A DNA stretch of 64,000 nt from a virus (IMGVR_UViG_3300009370_000014:8074-72073); one strand, 5' to 3'. Shown: positions 40,663-51,925, counted from the stretch's first letter. Notes: generated by a model from the letters alone, not told the origin. A program made the numbers and translations.

Positions 40663-42621
40663 TTATAAAGAACAGACATCTGAGTCACAGTACTTCTCAG
40701 GAGTAGATTCTTCATTTTCGGTCCACTTAATAGGGTTTAATCTTAATACCATTTCATTATACTGTTGTTCCGAGATAGCCTCATATGTCATTTGGGGATA
40801 AATACTGCTATCTCTAGGGAGGAAACTCACTCCTTTAAGTTGGTATTGAAAATAGTTTAAAGCATGATGAATCTGACATCCTTCGGTGTCAGGATCAAAA
40901 TTCACAGTAGCAGATACTTGATTATCTGCCCAATACTTTTGCATAAAAGCACAAAGACTTAATTTTTCCCACATAGAGATACTGGATTCAGCTCTAATAT
41001 TTCCTACATCTACTGGAAAACTAGTAATCATAGTATTTTCTGGATTTGTCACATCTGCTTCCATATCGTAGCCTGCATTAAATACATTCTTAAGAATCTT
41101 GTGATTTTTATTAGCTCTTACACGTACGATATAAAATCTACTAATAGGATAATGAATTCCGGGTGTAGCTCCAGCCAATAAACTAACGGACCCAGAAGGC
41201 TTGACTGATGTACATTTGATACTTTCTGGTATACATAGCCATTCACTATACGTTTTATCATAGGCTTTAACTGCTGCATATCCTTGTTCACACCATTCTT
41301 TAAGTATATGAAGTCCTCTGCCCTCAATAAATTGAGCAATTCCCGACATTGAACAGCCTATACGTCTATTTCGAAGCATTACTCTATTTGTTTCAGGCCA
41401 ATGACTTTGGCCGAGAGTTACAGTTTTAGCATATAGATATGCAAACTTTAAAGTTCTAATATAATCTTCTAGATCTATATTTCTATGAGGAAAAGTTTCA
41501 ACTAAACAACATAACTCGTAAGATTCTAAGGTTTGCTCTAAGCAGGGATTTCCACCTTCAGCTCTTGCATCTTTATTATCAGGAGCTTCAACCATTCTAC
41601 TATACGCTTGCATATTTTCTAACCAAGCATATCCAGGTTCTCCATGCATATGAGTTCTGGAAGCAGGATATGTGTAATCCATACCTAGTTCACTAAAAAT
41701 AGAGTTATTACTAGCCCACCTATGATGAATACACTCTTTTTCAAAGAGCTCTCTATTTTTGAGATTCATAAATTCTTCATCATTAGGAGATCCAAAAGCA
41801 ATCTCAGCTGAACGACGAACGTTCCCTGCAACTACACAGCGACCTATCAGATTCATGATGTCAACTATTAAAGTTACAGTGATAGGGCTGTCATGGATAG
41901 AATCTAGTGTCTCCCGTAAGCTCAGATGAAGTTCCTTTAAAGGATCTGGACCTGAAGAAGTTCCGCCAAATCCTTTAATAGGTAATCCAGCTTCCCTAAT
42001 CTTAGAGTAAATAAATTTAACCGTAGAACTGCCTTCTATGAAATAACTGTTTAGCAGCATTTCTACACTTTTAACCCACCCTTCTCTACTATCGGGAATA
42101 GTATATTGAGTGGTCTTCTTAGTTCCAGGAGTTCTTACTATTAATTTATGTTTTCCTTTGGTATCAAATCCAACGCCTACGCCAAGCATAGACATATCCA
42201 TTAGAAAACTAAAAGGCTTAGCTAAATCTTTATCTAGGTTTTTAGTAGAAACCATAGCACAGTTATTGAGAGCCGCAAATACTTTACGTTCCTTAGTAAC
42301 TGCACTTCCCATAGCCCAAAGACCTCTACCTGGTGGTAAAAACTTCATATAAAATATACGGTCGTACATTTCTTGAGCACTAATTTGAGCTTTCTTAGAA
42401 TCCCAGTCTAAACCTCTCTCCTTTATCCATTCTTCCTGCATTCCATAGCAACCATTAACTACTCTTTCAATAGTTTCATACCAATATTCATTAGTACCAT
42501 TCGGTTTTAATCTCGAATAAGTTCTCCTGTATACAAAATTACCTAACCCATTAAATCCAAAAGGAGGGTTCAAATCTGCATAGGAAAGTACAAAATTTTT
42601 ATCTAAATTAAAGTTAGTCAT
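40663..42621 (-). CDS. nrdJ: class II (B12-dependent) ribonucleoside-triphosphate reductase
   Basis: PPGRGLW, LNNC, GNVRRSA, GGNPCLEQ, VKPSGSVS, C-terminal CDSDVC. Confidence 0.93.
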   Translation of the reverse strand: MTNFNLDKNFVLSYADLNPPFGFNGLGNFVYRRTYSRLKPNGTNEYWYETIERVVNGCYGMQEEWIKERGLDWDSKKAQISAQEMYDRIFYMKFLPPGRGLWAMGSAVTKERKVFAALNNCAMVSTKNLDKDLAKPFSFLMDMSMLGVGVGFDTKGKHKLIVRTPGTKKTTQYTIPDSREGWVKSVEMLLNSYFIEGSSTVKFIYSKIREAGLPIKGFGGTSSGPDPLKELHLSLRETLDSIHDSPITVTLIVDIMNLIGRCVVAGNVRRSAEIAFGSPNDEEFMNLKNRELFEKECIHHRWASNNSIFSELGMDYTYPASRTHMHGEPGYAWLENMQAYSRMVEAPDNKDARAEGGNPCLEQTLESYELCCLVETFPHRNIDLEDYIRTLKFAYLYAKTVTLGQSHWPETNRVMLRNRRIGCSMSGIAQFIEGRGLHILKEWCEQGYAAVKAYDKTYSEWLCIPESIKCTSVKPSGSVSLLAGATPGIHYPISRFYIVRVRANKNHKILKNVFNAGYDMEADVTNPENTMITSFPVDVGNIRAESSISMWEKLSLCAFMQKYWADNQVSATVNFDPDTEGCQIHHALNYFQYQLKGVSFLPRDSSIYPQMTYEAISEQQYNEMVLRLNPIKWTENEESTPEKYCDSDVCSL

Positions 42622-42865
42622 CCTAGATTCTCCTGAGAGCTAATAGTTGTGAAGAGAGACTCTTCATTTTTAAGAGCTAACTGAGAAAGTCTTACAGAAG
42701 TAGCTAGTATTTCATCAGTTAACATTTTTACATGAAAATTTAGGGGAGAAGTTGTGTCTTCCTTGAAAGCTAATATAAATTTCTCAGCTTCAAGATTCAT
42801 TGACTCCCCATTAGGATGTTTAATTATTATCCTTGTTTTCATAATATCCCCTGTATATACATATA

Positions 42866-42898
42866 AATAAAGGGCACCATATAAGTGGGTGCCCTTTC
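42866..42898. terminator. intrinsic terminator ending the RT gene run
   Basis: aaagggcacc-atataagtg-ggtgcccttt with T-rich tail on the minus strand. Confidence 0.65.
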
Positions 42899-42920
42899 AT
42901 TTAATAATTTTAGTGTAAAT

Positions 42921-43292
42921 TTAAGCCAAAGTGGAAGCTAATTTAACCGAAGCAGATACTGTATCTTCAACTTTTTTTGAGGCAGTAGAAGGAGTATTAT
43001 TCTTTTCCCAGAATTCTGACAATTCACGAATTCTTACAAGAGTCTCTTCTCTTTCATCTATGATTGTCTCTTCTTCATCTATCTGAGGAGTAGTAACTAT
43101 GTAAGTCTTGCTTAGAAATTTAGGGGTACCATCAACTATTTCAGGAGTTGGAATTGTAACTTTAAAGCGAATGCCTTTTGCTTTACCTTTGGTAGAGTAT
43201 TTTACCTCAAATGAGGTAATTCCAAATAACTTATTACCATCAAGATTTACGGTAGGTACAGCAAAATCATCATCAGTTGTTAATGTTAACAT
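42921..43292 (-). CDS. hypothetical protein in the RT gene run
   Basis: 123 aa; overlaps stop of upstream ORF; AAGGA RBS. Confidence 0.6.
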   Translation of the reverse strand: MLTLTTDDDFAVPTVNLDGNKLFGITSFEVKYSTKGKAKGIRFKVTIPTPEIVDGTPKFLSKTYIVTTPQIDEEETIIDEREETLVRIRELSEFWEKNNTPSTASKKVEDTVSASVKLASTLA

Positions 43293-43433
43293 TTAAGATC
43301 CTTTGAACTTTCATATTGTCGCTGCCAGGCAGCAGACCTATAGCCTAAGAAGTACTTTACAATCTTAGGTCGGGTTTTTAAATCTTCTTTACGTTTTTTA
43401 TCTAATTGCTCCTGTATAGAGCAGTTATCATTT

Positions 43434-43574
43434 TCATTTGGACATGTCATTTGAGTCGTCCTTAGACATATAAGCCATAATATCAAAGCCTAGGGAGATA
43501 GACTCTAGACAAAGAGAATCTTTATCAGTCTTAATATGTTTCTCCAGTGCTTTTAGTAATCTTTTAATAATCAT
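43434..43574 (-). CDS. 46-aa ORF translationally coupled to the RT
   Basis: ATGA overlap with RT stop; MIIKRLLKALEKHIKTDKDSLCLES...; GGAG upstream. Confidence 0.5.
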   Translation of the reverse strand: MIIKRLLKALEKHIKTDKDSLCLESISLGFDIMAYMSKDDSNDMSK

Positions 43575-44704
43575 AGTATCGGAATCTCCGTTATTAATTC
43601 ATTATAACCTTTAGTTTTTAGTATAAAATCGAATTTATCTTTTAGTTTTTTTCCTTTTATTTCATTAACTTGGATAAAATAATTAATCTGTCCTCGAATC
43701 CACTCTAAAAATTGAATTTCTGTTCGATTTGTTTTAGCAGCCTCCTTAGCGATGCTATTTTGAGTCATGTTATGCAAGATACATTTTAATAATTCACGCT
43801 TCCGACGTAAGAGATCAGGCTTATCGTTTACCACCATACCTAAGACGTATTGTCTAGCTGGAGTCCTGTATACTTTTGTCTTACGGGTATTCAAAGTAAA
43901 TCCTTTAGAGCTAAGAACATCAGACATCTTAGTTATAACAGTATCTATCTCACTTTTTACATATACGTTTCCTTCTTTATCAGTATATTCTTTTTTTTCA
44001 AAATCTTTATCTGTACTTAAAGTTATGTCATCAGCATATCTAGTATAGGCAAACCCTGCATCTCTAGCAAGTTTACGTAAATCCTCATCAAAATAGAAGT
44101 GACCTACTAAATTAGATATAGTAGGAGAAGTAGGTGCTCCCTCAGGTACAAAAAATTTAAATGTGCAAAGCTCTGAGAGATACCTGGATACATTATCAGG
44201 ATACTTAAAATGTTTCTGAAATAACTCGTATAAGTGTTTCTGCTTAATTGAATTGAAGTAATGTCTGAGATCTAGAGAAACAACAATCTTTTTGTTAGCA
44301 TGTACTTTAGCCGTATCTCTAGTCTTTTTTCCTTTTCTAAATCCTGTAATATAATCGGGTAGGAAAGTATCAGCAGGATCTAGTATCTTTCGTTTTATCT
44401 GTTTCTGAACATACATCATGCAATCTTTAGGCTCCTGTAATTTTCGAAACTTTCCTTTATTAGACTTACCTTTTTTAGGAATACTCCAAAACTTATATTG
44501 CTGATTTTTATCTTTACGTAACCAATTAACAGTTCTTTTTTTTACTCCTAATGTATCTGCAAGCATACCTATATCAAGAATCACTGGAAATCCCGAAGTT
44601 TCTTGATACTTTAAAATGGAACTTAGATCACAAATTTCAAATAAAGAGGGATTAACTCCTTGAAAACCTACTTGCTCTAAACGATAAGGTGATATTTCTA
44701 TCAT
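43571..44704 (-). CDS. retron-type reverse transcriptase
   Basis: IPKK..FRKLQEP, GFRKG, TAKVH (NAxxH-like), DLRHYF, PEGAPTSPTISN, YTRYADDITLS, VLGMVVN (VTG-like). Confidence 0.9.
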   Translation of the reverse strand: MIEISPYRLEQVGFQGVNPSLFEICDLSSILKYQETSGFPVILDIGMLADTLGVKKRTVNWLRKDKNQQYKFWSIPKKGKSNKGKFRKLQEPKDCMMYVQKQIKRKILDPADTFLPDYITGFRKGKKTRDTAKVHANKKIVVSLDLRHYFNSIKQKHLYELFQKHFKYPDNVSRYLSELCTFKFFVPEGAPTSPTISNLVGHFYFDEDLRKLARDAGFAYTRYADDITLSTDKDFEKKEYTDKEGNVYVKSEIDTVITKMSDVLSSKGFTLNTRKTKVYRTPARQYVLGMVVNDKPDLLRRKRELLKCILHNMTQNSIAKEAAKTNRTEIQFLEWIRGQINYFIQVNEIKGKKLKDKFDFILKTKGYNELITEIPIL

Positions 44705-46364
44705 GAAAATATTCTCTCCAGCTCAGTACAAAGCAGAAAATTCTGACGTTATGCAGGGACTTTCTAAATCTCAATTTGCTGAGTCAGTAATGCGACTAAA
44801 AGGTCAAAGATATAGTTTAGATAGATATCCTATGTTCAGGGCTATTTATAATGTTAGTGACGAGGTAACTGAGACACTGTTAAAGACAGGAAGACAAGTT
44901 TCTAAGTCTACTTTTAATGCTAAAGAGATACTTGTAGATTCAATGAGAATCCCTCATTTAAATACATTATTCGTAACTCCTCTACAGGAGCAAACAGCCC
45001 GTTTCAGTAGGAACTATTTAGGGGAAGGTATAGCGAATACCCCTTTTATACAAAAGTATTTTTGGCACACAATGTGTCAAAATAATATTTTCTCTAGAGG
45101 ATTATCAAACGGTAGTCTTGTTCAATTAACTTACTCCTTGTTAGATGCGGAACGCGCTAGGGGAATACCTGCTGACAAGTTAGTATTTGATGAAGTCCAA
45201 GACATACCTATAGACAACATACCTATCATTAATGAGTGTCTATCTGCTTCTCCTTATAAATGGAAAACTTATACTGGAACTCCTAAAACATTAGACAACA
45301 CTATAGAGTATTATTGGCTTAAATCTACAATGTGTGAATGGGGAGTTATATGTCCTTTCTGTAGAAATATGAATATACCTGATGATGATCATGTTTGGGA
45401 TATGATTGGACCGCAAGGACCTATTTGCCTTAAATGTAAAGCAGATCTACGGAATGATATTCATAAAGGAACTTGGGTTACTACAAATAAGGATTATTTA
45501 AATGCAGAGGTAGTTGGGTTTCACTTACCTCAAATTATTATGCCCATTCATTACGATAGTAAGAAAGCTTGGAAAGAACTACTAATCAAGAAAAATAGGT
45601 ATTCTCCTGCACAGTTTGCCAACGAATGCTTAGGGTTAAGTTATGATCAAGGAGGCAGATTACTTACCCTGTCAGAACTTAAGTCAGTATCTACAGGTCG
45701 TGTTTGGGAGAAATGGGATCCTGATATTCCTATTGAACATGCTTTTGCAGGAATTGATTGGGGCATTTCAGCACAAACTAGTTACACTGTCTTAGTCATA
45801 GGAGGAATAGATCCTTTAGATAAAAGATTTAAGGTAGTATATATCAAAAAATTCTACTCCACGGATACGCTTGATCAGATTGACCAAATTATCGGAATCT
45901 GTAAGAACTTTAATGTACTACGTATAGGAGCAGATGTAGGTGTAGGACATACTAACAATCTCATACTTGATGAAAATTATGGGATTCATAGAGTCTTTAA
46001 AATGAACTATACAGCAACTCGTAAAAGAGTTCTCGAATATAATAAACGAGGTTTCTTCTCTTTGGATAGAACTATATCTTTAAACCTTATGTTTATGGCT
46101 ATAAAGCAAGGACAAGTAGAGTTTCCTTCTGAATCATTTATGGATTTATTTTATCCAGATTTCATGACTATGTACGAAGAGATCGTAGAATCACGACGAG
46201 GTATTTCTAAAGTATTTACTCGAAATCCTAAAATTCCTGATGACGTAGTTCATGCTCTTAATTTTTGTATGTTCACAGCTTACAAATACTATGATCATGA
46301 ATACACTCGTATGGCTACTAATCATGATTTTCTTGTGGATGATGAATTAGGACTTGAGTTCTAA
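44703..46364 (+). CDS. terL: terminase large subunit
   Basis: GRQVSKST Walker A, VFDEVQD Walker B, GTPK coupling motif, CPFC/CLKC, nuclease GIDWG...GAD...PDDVVHA. Confidence 0.85.
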   Translation: MKIFSPAQYKAENSDVMQGLSKSQFAESVMRLKGQRYSLDRYPMFRAIYNVSDEVTETLLKTGRQVSKSTFNAKEILVDSMRIPHLNTLFVTPLQEQTARFSRNYLGEGIANTPFIQKYFWHTMCQNNIFSRGLSNGSLVQLTYSLLDAERARGIPADKLVFDEVQDIPIDNIPIINECLSASPYKWKTYTGTPKTLDNTIEYYWLKSTMCEWGVICPFCRNMNIPDDDHVWDMIGPQGPICLKCKADLRNDIHKGTWVTTNKDYLNAEVVGFHLPQIIMPIHYDSKKAWKELLIKKNRYSPAQFANECLGLSYDQGGRLLTLSELKSVSTGRVWEKWDPDIPIEHAFAGIDWGISAQTSYTVLVIGGIDPLDKRFKVVYIKKFYSTDTLDQIDQIIGICKNFNVLRIGADVGVGHTNNLILDENYGIHRVFKMNYTATRKRVLEYNKRGFFSLDRTISLNLMFMAIKQGQVEFPSESFMDLFYPDFMTMYEEIVESRRGISKVFTRNPKIPDDVVHALNFCMFTAYKYYDHEYTRMATNHDFLVDDELGLEF

Positions 46365-47046
46365 ATTAGAAAATATATTTTTAGATACATCAAAAGCATC
46401 TATTTAAAACTAGGAATCTCTAAAAGATATATGTATCATGATAATTTTTTATCAAAGATATATTTTTGAGCTTGAGCTGTATATACATAACCTATAATAG
46501 GTGTTTCTCCATCACCTAGAGAAACAGCTTCTACTAGTACAGGATACTCCTTTGGCCCCTTATGAACAAAATCAGGACACTTTTGAGAGATAAAATCTGT
46601 AAAAGCTCGTTTATTTATAATAAGCATAGCATCTTTAAACAGAGAGTAACGATCTCTTACTTGTTCTAAGATATGCATATCCCGGTTTTCAGTTTTCATT
46701 AGATTCCTTCTGACTCTGGAGTAGTACCGAAGGCCTGTTTACGTATCTTTCTTTCTAACTCCTCTAAAGCTTTATAATCTTTATTATCTAAGGCTAATTT
46801 AATAGTATCTGCTAAAATCATAGCAGAATCTCTTCCTATTTTTTGTATCTTATGGGACATATCATCTAAAGTCTTTTTAGACTCTGTCTTGTCTATTTTT
46901 TCCTCTAAATGATAGATATATCCTTTCTGAAGTCTAATCAAATCAGTTACAGGAATAACTACCATGTATCCTTCTTCAGGTTTAGGGTCTCCTTGTAGGG
47001 GATTAAAATTAAATAACTTTGATAAATCCATTGATATGTATCACTC

Positions 47047-48675
47047 CTAAACATCAAATATCTCTTTTTGGTAATCTGAGAGATAGTGTCTAATTCTGGG
47101 TATAAATTCGAAGAATCTAGCATCCAATAAATAAGTAGTACAAGTATCATTTTCTGTTCTGATACTTCTACCTAAAGATTGCAGAAGAGCTATAGAAGTA
47201 GACCACTCCTTATAACCAGGATTTGTAACAAATTTCCACATTGTATAATGGTTATACACAGGAAATGGAACGCAAACTATTATTTGAAAAGTAGATTCTG
47301 TTCCAACTAAGTTTACTCCTTCTTTCATACCTGGAGCAACTAATACAGAGTTCGGTTTATTTCTATGGTTTTCCAGGAGTCTCCCTCTACTTTTTGCCTG
47401 GTATGTAAAACGAGGAGACTTAAGTCTTATAACAATATTATCAAGAATATTAAAACTTTGAGTATGAATCAATCCTTTTTCATTGGGATGATTTTTTAGT
47501 ATATCACGTATATCTTCTATCAATACAGGAAGAGAATCTTTTCGTTGAGAATATGCCATACTAGGACCATCCTCAGCATGTACATATACTACCGAATGAT
47601 TACCTGACTCAAAACTAGTAGGTACTTTATAATGAAATACTTCTTCTGGTTTTAAACCAAGCTCCTTACAGAAGATTTTAGTATCCAAAATAGTAGCACT
47701 CATAAATATAATTATATTATTAATATCAAAGAATTGGGATTTCAATATACCCTTTACTGAGATAGGAGTAGATGTAAGCTTTTTTATTCCATTAGATTCT
47801 GAGAACGTATACGAGAAGAAAGCAGTATTAATATTCTTTCTCTGAAACGATGCTTGACCAAGTTTCTCTTTATAGGTAAGTAGCATTCGTTTTATAGATG
47901 ACTTACTTGAGTGCGGTTCAAGAGATAGAATTTCCTTCTGCATTTCATAAATATAATTATCAAATAGGTCCTCTAAAAATTGAGGTTCTATTACATCCAC
48001 AGATTTAGTAAATTTGAAGTTTCTATTAGAGAAACATATACTAGGATCAGGAGTATTAAAACTGACGAAGGGTTCTTCTTCGAAGGATCTCTGAAATAAA
48101 TCAGTTACAATCTTAGGAACATTATGTCCTTCGTCTAGTACTAGGTTAGTACCATTAAATATTCCCATTCTCATCTTATTTTGAAAATAAAAACTATGGT
48201 AATTTAGGATCGAATAATCTGCTTCGGCTGTTTCCTTTAAAGCACCTTCATAGATGCATTCATGACATCTAGAAAAAGCACCTAATCTTTTGTTAAACCA
48301 TTTAGTAGCTTCATTGCAATTTTTCTTCTCAGCACACTGGTTCCATTGCTTAGCTGTAGTAGGTATAACACCTAAGTTTTTAGGAGGTCCTTTTAAATGA
48401 CACCTATAGTGAGAGGCTCCCTTCAAAAGTTTAAACTCAGGATAATCCGAAACATACTGGTCTTGCAATATAACTTGAGGAGTCAGAATTCTACCTGAAC
48501 CTAAATGACGTAATATCTCAACAGCAATAGCAGACTTACCGGAACCAGTAGGTGCTTCTAGTATTATGTATTTAAACTTTTTTTTTACAGCAGATACACA
48601 ACAATCAATTGCTTCTTGTTGCTCTTTTCTAAAACTTTTAAACGGGTGGATCCCCTTCATTGTTGTTGTCGTCAT
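47047..48675 (-). CDS. DinG/XPD-family SF2 helicase
   Basis: FRKEQ, EAPTGSGKS, Cys cluster, LDEGH, MSAT, QSLGRSIR, LLDARF. Confidence 0.88.
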   Translation of the reverse strand: MTTTTMKGIHPFKSFRKEQQEAIDCCVSAVKKKFKYIILEAPTGSGKSAIAVEILRHLGSGRILTPQVILQDQYVSDYPEFKLLKGASHYRCHLKGPPKNLGVIPTTAKQWNQCAEKKNCNEATKWFNKRLGAFSRCHECIYEGALKETAEADYSILNYHSFYFQNKMRMGIFNGTNLVLDEGHNVPKIVTDLFQRSFEEEPFVSFNTPDPSICFSNRNFKFTKSVDVIEPQFLEDLFDNYIYEMQKEILSLEPHSSKSSIKRMLLTYKEKLGQASFQRKNINTAFFSYTFSESNGIKKLTSTPISVKGILKSQFFDINNIIIFMSATILDTKIFCKELGLKPEEVFHYKVPTSFESGNHSVVYVHAEDGPSMAYSQRKDSLPVLIEDIRDILKNHPNEKGLIHTQSFNILDNIVIRLKSPRFTYQAKSRGRLLENHRNKPNSVLVAPGMKEGVNLVGTESTFQIIVCVPFPVYNHYTMWKFVTNPGYKEWSTSIALLQSLGRSIRTENDTCTTYLLDARFFEFIPRIRHYLSDYQKEIFDV

Positions 48676-49213
48676 TTTTAAGATCTATCCTCCCTTCACA
48701 GCCTACCATCTCAATTAAGGTAGTTAGATCTTCACCTACTCTTGTTATGTCCACACCATACGGAACTTCTATCTCCATAGAAATTTTTAATTTAGAGTTA
48801 TACTTATCTAATGAATCTTCTTTAAAGCTAAGATTTTTTATAACTGATTTATTAAAAATTAGGAATCCGCCCACTTCCTTTTCAACTGTATCTTCAGTCT
48901 TCTCTTTTTCCGAACCACTCATTTCCGTCCCAAAATCTATCCGGTCTTACGAAATCCGGATCTTCTTTTCTGTTTATAGAATCTTGGTAATGTAATATTC
49001 CATAGGTTAATAACATGCCTTCTACAAATGATCTAGGATCAAAAGAGTCGTTCTCCTCTAGATCTAACATACTATGAGCTACTTGTGATACCATTCCCTG
49101 CAGCTTAGCATTTTCACGTTTTATATGGTCTGCAACATCCATTATGGTGAACTCTCCAGCAGCTAAGCTATGAAAAAATTTACTAGCAGTTTTTCCTGTT
49201 ATTTCAGGTAACA

Positions 49214-51925
49214 TTATATTTCCTCCAGTTCTCCCCAACTGTAACCTTTCTCGAGATCTACTTTTAAGTTAACCCCACTTAAAAATGAATAAGATAACTT
49301 AGGTTTTTCTATACATATCTCTCTATAAATTTTACATGCCGCTTCTATGGACTCAGGGGTATCATCTACCTCACTAATAATACTATCATGTACTGTTCCA
49401 ATAACTTCTCCTCCTATTTTAGGCATTGCTTCAGCTAAATCTATAACTGCATTAAGAGTAATATCTGATGCCCCTGATTGAATTGGATGGTTTTGAGCTT
49501 TTCGTTTGCACGAATTATCAACCCATCCTCGGACATCAATAACTGGAAATCGCCTTCGCCTACCAAAGGGCGAAACACTAAAGTGCTCATCCTTAACCTG
49601 TTGATGTTTGGCCGAGATATACTTCTTAATACCTGGAAATTCTCTAAAGAAAGCATCAATGAGCGCTTGAGCCTCTTGCTCTTTGATTCCCTGCTTTTTA
49701 GCCATTCCCCACGCAGACGAACCATAGATAATACCAAAGCCTACTGCTTTTGCTCTACTTCTAAGCTTCTCGTATTTCTTATCTAAGTGTTCCTTTACTT
49801 TACTCTTCTTAAACATAACATCGTACTCAATATTAAAAACTTTAGAAGCAATATAACAATGTAAATCTAATCCTTTATTTACAGCTAACTTCAGAGTATC
49901 GTCACCATAACTTGCAGATAATCCAGCAAGAACAGCAAATTCCATCTGACTATAATCTGCATAAAGTAAAATTTTACCTGGAGGAGCTATAAAAAGTTTC
50001 TTGATACTAATGATCTCTCCATCAGGCAATTCAATCTCTTTAGGCATTTGTTGAATATTAGGACCTCTACAAGATAGCCTTCCAGTTTTTGTAACTCCTA
50101 GAAAATAAGTAGGATGTACTCGATCAGTTTTAGGTGAGATAAATTCTTCTATCTTGTTAAGAAAACTACCGTCTAACTTTTTTAACTTTTTATAGCCAAG
50201 TATTCCAGTGATAATAGGACTAGGGTATTTCCTGTTGTAAGCCTCTAAGACATCTTTAGAAGTTTTAGCCTGCCCTTTATCTGTTAGAAACTTTTTATCA
50301 GTAGGCTTAGGAATTCCTAAATAGCTATGAAGTAACCATATAATATCAGCTGTTTTTGTAAGAGTAACTTCTTTCCCGCAAGTATCTCTAATAAATCGTA
50401 CAGTTTCTTTCATTTTATTTGGAACTTCTTTTTTTAGTTTAGCTAGGTAAACTCTATCAATAAACATTCCTGTCTTCTTTATCTTGGAGATAGTGTAAGT
50501 AGCTTTTGGCATAAATTCTGCACATAAACTGTACAGTTGTTTATCGTAAGTACGGGAAGAATCTGCCATTCTTATTCTGAGCTCCTGAGTAGTTGCATTA
50601 TCTGGCAAACCGTAGATTCTACGCATTTGTTTGTTATTAAGCTGAAACGTAACATCCGTATCGCCTGCTGCGTATCTAAGAAGAAGAGGTACTGGAATTT
50701 CTAAAATTTCACCAGCCTTAATCTTCTTGATCACATCTCCATCTTCTTCATATCCTCCGTACTCAGGAAGATAATCCCAAGCAAGTTTCTTTAACGTATA
50801 CTCTCCTGCAAGCATACGTTCATCTCCTCCACCTCTATTCTCGTCTAACAGATATTCATTTAACATAGTATCAAAGATAAGATTCTCTACCTTTATTCCC
50901 CACTGTTCCCAAATATACTCAATATCAAACTGCCCATTATGAGCTTCCTTAAGCGTGGAAGAAGTGAGAAATCTTTTAATAACACCTAAAGACTTTTTAG
51001 GTAAATTCCTAGTATTAATAGCGCAGGATTTACCAGGTGCCCATGCAAAAGATATTGCAATTACTTCCGCGTTAACAGCCCTAGAGTCTAATCCAGTAGT
51101 CTCAATATCAAAAGCAACTACCATGTTAGGTTGATCTGTAAGAGGACCTAACGTATTAAATATTTCTTCATATGTAGAAGGGTAAGTATAATCCTTCGAA
51201 ATATCCATAATGTCCGGAGGAGTAAAACCGTATTTAAATACCTTTATAGCCTTTCCTAAATCGATTAAGACTGTAGACCACAGGTTAGGAAATTTATTTA
51301 CATCCCCTACAGAGTGAGTAGGTATGAAGAATACATCTCTATCTCCTACGTTATGCTTATAAATCTTTCCCCGGACTTTATCGATTGACGTAATTTTCTG
51401 TAAAGCCTGTACCGGGGATCCTTTGCATGCCGCTCGTCCCATAAGGACCACGACTTTGCATCTAGAGAGAAATATCTTGCGGCGAAGAATATTTCCACAC
51501 TGTCGGATAACTTTAATTGGATAATCACTGGTCTTCTTTTTCTTATCAAAACACATTACACCTGTAGTTAATCCAAATTTAATTAGATTACCTTGGTGAA
51601 TGTAGTTTCTTTTTATAAACTTCTTAACCCCATACCACCGCTTACCTTTAAACTCCCAACCAGTATCTGGATTTGCAGAACTTTTAGGAGGATATGGAAT
51701 ATCTTCTTCTGCAGGTTTATCTCCTACAATAAGGATATCCACACCTGTCTTAAGTATCGGTTGCTCTCTTGTTCTAGGGTTGCAATAATATGGGCAACCG
51801 GAACACTCGGTAAACTTTGGTTGTACTTTTCCCCTAGTGAGCGTAAAGTAATCCATCTCATCGATAAGATCATTCAGACACTCTTGAGGTGGTTGCGGGT
51901 GGTTCCGCGTTGGTATTGCTGTCAT
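49214..51925 (-). CDS. polA: family A DNA polymerase with N-terminal family-4 UDG-like domain and 3'-5' exonuclease
   Basis: CSGC..DILIVGDKP..VVVLMGRAA..IPTH; FDIETTG, HNGQFD, YAAGD; TGRLSC, DYSQME, RSRAKAVGFGIIYG, VHDS. Confidence 0.93.
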   Translation of the reverse strand: MTAIPTRNHPQPPQECLNDLIDEMDYFTLTRGKVQPKFTECSGCPYYCNPRTREQPILKTGVDILIVGDKPAEEDIPYPPKSSANPDTGWEFKGKRWYGVKKFIKRNYIHQGNLIKFGLTTGVMCFDKKKKTSDYPIKVIRQCGNILRRKIFLSRCKVVVLMGRAACKGSPVQALQKITSIDKVRGKIYKHNVGDRDVFFIPTHSVGDVNKFPNLWSTVLIDLGKAIKVFKYGFTPPDIMDISKDYTYPSTYEEIFNTLGPLTDQPNMVVAFDIETTGLDSRAVNAEVIAISFAWAPGKSCAINTRNLPKKSLGVIKRFLTSSTLKEAHNGQFDIEYIWEQWGIKVENLIFDTMLNEYLLDENRGGGDERMLAGEYTLKKLAWDYLPEYGGYEEDGDVIKKIKAGEILEIPVPLLLRYAAGDTDVTFQLNNKQMRRIYGLPDNATTQELRIRMADSSRTYDKQLYSLCAEFMPKATYTISKIKKTGMFIDRVYLAKLKKEVPNKMKETVRFIRDTCGKEVTLTKTADIIWLLHSYLGIPKPTDKKFLTDKGQAKTSKDVLEAYNRKYPSPIITGILGYKKLKKLDGSFLNKIEEFISPKTDRVHPTYFLGVTKTGRLSCRGPNIQQMPKEIELPDGEIISIKKLFIAPPGKILLYADYSQMEFAVLAGLSASYGDDTLKLAVNKGLDLHCYIASKVFNIEYDVMFKKSKVKEHLDKKYEKLRSRAKAVGFGIIYGSSAWGMAKKQGIKEQEAQALIDAFFREFPGIKKYISAKHQQVKDEHFSVSPFGRRRRFPVIDVRGWVDNSCKRKAQNHPIQSGASDITLNAVIDLAEAMPKIGGEVIGTVHDSIISEVDDTPESIEAACKIYREICIEKPKLSYSFLSGVNLKVDLEKGYSWGELEEI

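Noticed and set aside
43571-44704. DGR or group II intron RT
   Set aside because: No TR/VR pair or Avd-like gene noticed, no maturase domain or intron domain V; motifs fit retron-type RTs.
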